A DNA stretch of 61,740 nucleotides, filler included, from Candidatus Woesearchaeota archaeon (GTDB taxonomy: Archaea; Nanobdellota; Nanobdellia; Woesearchaeales; CAZJJJ01), in assembly GCA_046538795.1 (NCBI GenBank). It is 7 parts of 7 records of this genome, joined end to end, with 100 filler letters (N's around TTAATTAATTAA, not from the genome) between each part and the next. Parts side by side here need not be neighbours in the genome. Positions count along the whole stretch, not along the records: positions 55,035 to 58,362 come from JBKHIF010000095.1; positions 58,463 to 61,740 come from JBKHIF010000096.1; 5 more parts are not named here. The stretch is one strand, 5' to 3'. Below, one piece after another: positions 57,941-61,740 of this stretch. The notes beneath the pieces were generated by a model that was not told where the DNA came from, did no database searches, and worked only from the letters and a program-made list of their open reading frames with translations. The translations under genes and the position numbers were made by a program. Numbering within the stretch: position 1 is the first letter of the stretch; every line of letters begins with the position of its first letter.

Positions 57941-58361
57941 TCTTAGACACAAACTTTCTTGCATTTTCGAAGATTTCTTCGACTCTTTTTTCAGTATATT
58001 TTTTTAACGCAGAATATCTTGCAGTATGACTCTCAGACCTTGCATCTTCAAAGAATTTAATATATTCGTCTTCAAAAATTTTATGGGCTTGATCTAATAG
58101 CTCAAGATCTTCTTTTTCTATTTTGTCGGGAATCAATAAATGTCCTAACGCAATTTGAGCTGCAAGGTGGTCTCTAACTTCATACCCTTTTGAAAGAATA
58201 GCAGCTTTTGTTGCATAAAGCATAGAGTAATATGATATTGTTATTGCCCAATAATTTCAATGAAGTTTAGGTGGTTCATCCTTAGTTGGTTTTATTTCCT
58301 TATGGTGATTTGCAATATATAGACTACTTTCTGCTTTTTCAAGAAATAATTTTATCTTAAA
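57921..58361 (-). pseudogene. HEPN-domain gene with in-frame TGA (58257-58259), 5' end cut by gap
   Basis: FLEKAESSL...KLH*NYWAITISYYSMLYATKA...H...ARSESHTARY reads in one frame except for a single stop. Confidence 0.7.
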
Positions 58362-58462
58362 TNNNNNNNNNNNNNNNNNNNNNNNNNNNNNNNNNNNNNN
58401 NNNNNNTTAATTAATTAANNNNNNNNNNNNNNNNNNNNNNNNNNNNNNNNNNNNNNNNNNNN

Positions 58463-59485
58463 CATATAGCGAGGAGAGTTCCTTTATTTCCTGGAAAAGA
58501 TAATCTTGAATCAGAACTAAACATCGCAGAAAACACTATCGAAACCAAAAACAGCCAGATAGAACAATTAGAATCAAATATAAATGAACTGCAAAACCAG
58601 CTCTCATTAGTCGAGAACAAGATAAATGAAGTGAAGACAGAACTAAACAGTTTTGAAGAAGAAGTCCAGGAATCAATGGACTGGTTCAGTGATAATTCAA
58701 ACATCAACAATTTCAACCAGTTTTCAAGCCTAAGATCCCAGATGATGAAATGCGTAAGAGCAAGAGAAGATGGAACTTGTCTTATAAAACTTGCATGTTT
58801 TGATCTCATACACGAAAAATACAAGGAATTTACTTATTCAAAAGATATAATAACATCAAATAAATCTGACAAGCTTCAAAGCTTAGGAGAATTCTATGAC
58901 CATGAAAAAGGAGACTGCGAGGATTTTTCCCTGCTGGTTAAAGGAGAGATAAATGCAATGAAAGAATTCTGTGAAGAAAGAGGCGCAGATGAGTTCATAT
59001 TTGAAGTCGCATATCCAAAAGCGGGCTCTGAATATTTTGTTGATTTCAAGGAAGAGTGGTATTATTCAGAAACAACTGGAGTTCAGATTCCGTCATCTCA
59101 TGAAAACGTATATGTTGTCTGTGGAAATTATCCAGTAGGAGCAGATCCAAACAGTTTCAGAATAGATGTTTCAGGACACTGTGCACTTGGATTTACAGAC
59201 AAAAAGATTGAATCAAGTAAAGACATAAAAGAAGCACTTTTCAATTCTATCATAATGGAACCTCAGACAGGATTTCTTACATTTGACCAAAGAAATGAAA
59301 ATTACCTATTTGTTCCTGACAACGGTGAAAGCACAGCAAAAAAAGCAATATATGCATGGGCCATAATAACAGATGATGATTATTATCTTTTTGACAGAGA
59401 AAAACTTGTCTGGAAAGGATACAAAGATTTTCTTCCAGTTATAAGCAATATGAGAACTGAACTTGATTCCATAAATAACAACTAA
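58463..59485 (+). CDS. Coiled-coil plus transglutaminase-like/cysteine-protease domain protein (5' partial)
   Basis: Heptad region, then GDCEDFSLL, GHCAL and EPQ motifs; the frame is open back to the gap. Confidence 0.65.
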   Translation, partial: HIARRVPLFPGKDNLESELNIAENTIETKNSQIEQLESNINELQNQLSLVENKINEVKTELNSFEEEVQESMDWFSDNSNINNFNQFSSLRSQMMKCVRAREDGTCLIKLACFDLIHEKYKEFTYSKDIITSNKSDKLQSLGEFYDHEKGDCEDFSLLVKGEINAMKEFCEERGADEFIFEVAYPKAGSEYFVDFKEEWYYSETTGVQIPSSHENVYVVCGNYPVGADPNSFRIDVSGHCALGFTDKKIESSKDIKEALFNSIIMEPQTGFLTFDQRNENYLFVPDNGESTAKKAIYAWAIITDDDYYLFDREKLVWKGYKDFLPVISNMRTELDSINNN

Positions 59486-59592
59486 AGACCTGCAAGACTC
59501 ATCTTCAGGACCATATAGAATAATATTATGCCCATGGTCGCAACAGCCAAAAGAAAAGATCGTGCAAGAAATATACCAAATTTATCGCCCAT
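59482..59592 (-). CDS. Possible 36-aa single-TM peptide
   Basis: MGDKFGIFLARSFLLAVATMGIILFYMVLKMSLAGL; fills the gap downstream of pepF, with a TATA-like sequence upstream. Confidence 0.35.
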   Translation of the reverse strand: MGDKFGIFLARSFLLAVATMGIILFYMVLKMSLAGL

Positions 59593-59644
59593 GCATCATA
59601 TAAGATAAAAATACTTTTAAAATATTTCTATTTTTAGGCAGGGA

Positions 59645-61375
59645 TCACATGAGATCTTTAAGCTCTTTAACCTGAAGTTTTATGATATCAAAGCCTTCCT
59701 GCCAAAATGTCCTGTCATTAATTTCTATGCCCATTTGTTTTTTCAGAATATCTGCAGGGGATAACGAGCCTCCTGAAGCTAAAAGCCTCATGTATTTTTC
59801 AGGGAATCCTTTTCTGTCCTTATCATATTCTCCATATAAAGAAAGCCCCATAAGGTTTCCAAAGGCATATGCATAGCAATAGAAAGGAGTATGATATATG
59901 TGAGGGATGTATTTCCATTCGTGAGAGAATATTTTAGGCACATTTATAGAAGAACCAAACTGCTCTTTCAAATTATCATAATAAAGCTTATTCAAGTCAT
60001 CCACAGTGCATCCTTTGGCAATAAGATCATGAGCATCTTTTTCAAAGATCACAAAATAAGCCTGCCTTATGATGGACGCATAATGCGAATCAAGACTATT
60101 TACCAAAAGAGCGATCTTTTCTTTTTTTTCAGATTCTGACAAAAGCTTGTAGCCAAGAAGCGTCTCTCCAAAAATAGAAGCTGTCTCTGCCATCGGAAGA
60201 GATGAATGAAATGTAAATTGTGTCTGGTTTCTTGCAGCCCTTGAATGTATTCCATGGCCGAACTCATGCATCATGGTGAATACATCATTTAAGACTCCTG
60301 TGAAATTAAGAAGTATGTAAGGAGGCATGTCTTTGGTTACAGACGAACAGAACGCTCCTCCCTGTTTCCCTGCCTTTAGCTCAGAATGGACATGGTTCTT
60401 ATCAAAGATCTCTTTTGCATATTCATAAGCCTGATCTGAAAAGCTCCGGTATGCATCAAGGACTATTTTTTTGCTTTCCTGATAATTATACTTTTTCGCG
60501 CTTTTTGTAGCAGGAGCATAAATATCATACCTCTCAAGCTTTTTCTTCTTGATAAGTTTCGCCTTGAGCCTGAAATACTCATGATATATCCTGATGTTCT
60601 TCCGGGTCACATCAAGAAGTGCATCTACAGTCTTATCATCAACATCATTTGAAAGATTTCTTGGTGAAATCGGTTTTTCAAAACCTCTTAGCTTGATGTT
60701 CTCATTCTTCCAGTCAAGAATAATATTTTTGTAAAGCTCTCCAAGCAAAGCTTCATGTTCCTTATACCTTCCCAAAAGAAGGTCATATGCTTTTTTACGT
60801 TCCTCTTCTTTTGATGATTTTACGTGCTTTGTTAGTTCTGACTGAGTTATTTCTTTCTTGCCCCACCTGTACTTGAACTTATTTGCTACAAGATCATAGA
60901 GCCTTACAAGAACCTCGCTTCCTGTAAGATCCTTTATGTTTATTATCTTCTCTTCTTTTTCAGAAAGGGTGAATTTTTTGAATTGCCTTATTTTTTTAAG
61001 AAAATAACTGTATTTTCCTGCATTATCGATATATCTTTTCGCATCTTTATCTGACAAAGATTTGAACCACAAGTCAAAGAACATTAGCTTGTTGCTTATG
61101 TCTGAATCAAGTTCAGAGATTCTTGCAACGTGCATGTTTTTCTCAGAATCAGATGTATCCTCAGATAGCGAAAGAGAAGCATATGCATTAAGCTTGTTCG
61201 AGAGAACAGACATCTTTTCAAATTCACGAAGAAGATCCATGAATCGTTCAGCACTCATCTTTGGGTCAAGCTCATCTCTGTATTTCACAAAATCATCTGC
61301 CTTTCTCTTAAGTTCAGAAATAAGTTTTTCAGTATCTTTGAAAGGATATATCTGCTCTAAGTCCCAGGTTACCAT
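59645..61375 (-). CDS. pepF: Oligoendopeptidase F (M3B)
   Basis: WDL N-terminus, GKQGGAFC, HEFGHGIH, AETAS and PHIYHTPFYCYAYAFG motifs. Confidence 0.93.
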   Translation of the reverse strand: MVTWDLEQIYPFKDTEKLISELKRKADDFVKYRDELDPKMSAERFMDLLREFEKMSVLSNKLNAYASLSLSEDTSDSEKNMHVARISELDSDISNKLMFFDLWFKSLSDKDAKRYIDNAGKYSYFLKKIRQFKKFTLSEKEEKIINIKDLTGSEVLVRLYDLVANKFKYRWGKKEITQSELTKHVKSSKEEERKKAYDLLLGRYKEHEALLGELYKNIILDWKNENIKLRGFEKPISPRNLSNDVDDKTVDALLDVTRKNIRIYHEYFRLKAKLIKKKKLERYDIYAPATKSAKKYNYQESKKIVLDAYRSFSDQAYEYAKEIFDKNHVHSELKAGKQGGAFCSSVTKDMPPYILLNFTGVLNDVFTMMHEFGHGIHSRAARNQTQFTFHSSLPMAETASIFGETLLGYKLLSESEKKEKIALLVNSLDSHYASIIRQAYFVIFEKDAHDLIAKGCTVDDLNKLYYDNLKEQFGSSINVPKIFSHEWKYIPHIYHTPFYCYAYAFGNLMGLSLYGEYDKDRKGFPEKYMRLLASGGSLSPADILKKQMGIEINDRTFWQEGFDIIKLQVKELKDLM

Positions 61376-61406
61376 CTAAATCTAAGAAAGTCAGGGATTT
61401 ATAAGC

Positions 61407-61739
61407 TTATTGCTTTGGAAGAAGCATGTGATCAATAACATCATCTATTGTCTCAACTTCTATTATTTCAAGATTCCAGTAGTCTTTGGCTATTTTTGCT
61501 ACATCTCTTGTGCGTGGAACTAACTCTTCTCCTGATCTTGGAGGATCACTAAAAGGACCTCTCGCTGAATAATAAGTTACAGTACTTTGATCTTTTGGAA
61601 CAAGAAATTTCGTAAATCCCATCTCTGAAACAGTCCTTGCTTTTTCCATGATGCCGCTTACACGCCCAATGCTTCCATCCCGCCTTATAGTACCGGTTAT
61701 GGCAACACTTTCATTTATTTCTCTGCCATCAAGTGCGGC
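61407..61739 (-). CDS. Lon-like S16 serine protease, C-terminal fragment
   Basis: Frame extends to the window edge: VAITGTIRRDGSIGRVSGIMEKA...FLVP. Confidence 0.75.
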   Translation of the reverse strand, partial: AALDGREINESVAITGTIRRDGSIGRVSGIMEKARTVSEMGFTKFLVPKDQSTVTYYSARGPFSDPPRSGEELVPRTRDVAKIAKDYWNLEIIEVETIDDVIDHMLLPKQ

Positions 61740-61740
61740 G

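Noticed and set aside
58257..58259. TGA recoded as Trp/Gly/Sec (alternative genetic code)
   Set aside because: Conserved genes such as tatD (3375-3377) and arlI (37149-37151) end at TGA where expected, and TGG is used for Trp throughout.
15969..58462. Six identical TTAATTAATTAA palindromes within N-runs
   Set aside because: Artificial contig linkers, not biology. Gene adjacency across them (e.g. aspS next to the HTH regulator) was not interpreted.
6346..61379. Numerous antisense and alternate-frame ORFs of 60-180 aa inside recognised genes
   Set aside because: Shadow ORFs of well-supported CDSs, with no independent motifs.

Overview
This is an AT-rich archaeal draft-genome window, most consistent with a DPANN (Woesearchaeota-like) organism. 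Evidence for this: class I CCA-adding enzyme, rpL35Ae, archaeal TPI, BHB-intron tRNAs without encoded CCA, and several class III signal-peptide pilin-like genes. It is not continuous DNA: seven contigs are joined by artificial N-TTAATTAATTAA-N linkers (gaps at 15969-16068, 31991-32090, 47831-47930, 51504-51603, 54935-55034, 58363-58462), so adjacency across gaps means nothing. It contains housekeeping genes (tpiA, tatD, cca, gatC/gatA, partial bacterial-type aspS, serS, ppdK, pepF, NFACT) and an archaellum set (arlG/F/H/I/J/B, plus a second archaellin and an unusual ArlC-like protein on another contig). There is also a galT / nucleotidyltransferase / GT28 / glf / debranching-enzyme sugar cluster, a frameshifted giant Cys-rich surface protein, two intron-containing tRNAs and IS remnants. 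The most notable unexplained signal is a modular, palindromic intergenic repeat family (five loci plus a related tandem array). Its copies lie in sense orientation just after stop codons and keep their stems while loop and stem sequences vary. All family assignments come from motif recognition by eye, not database searches.
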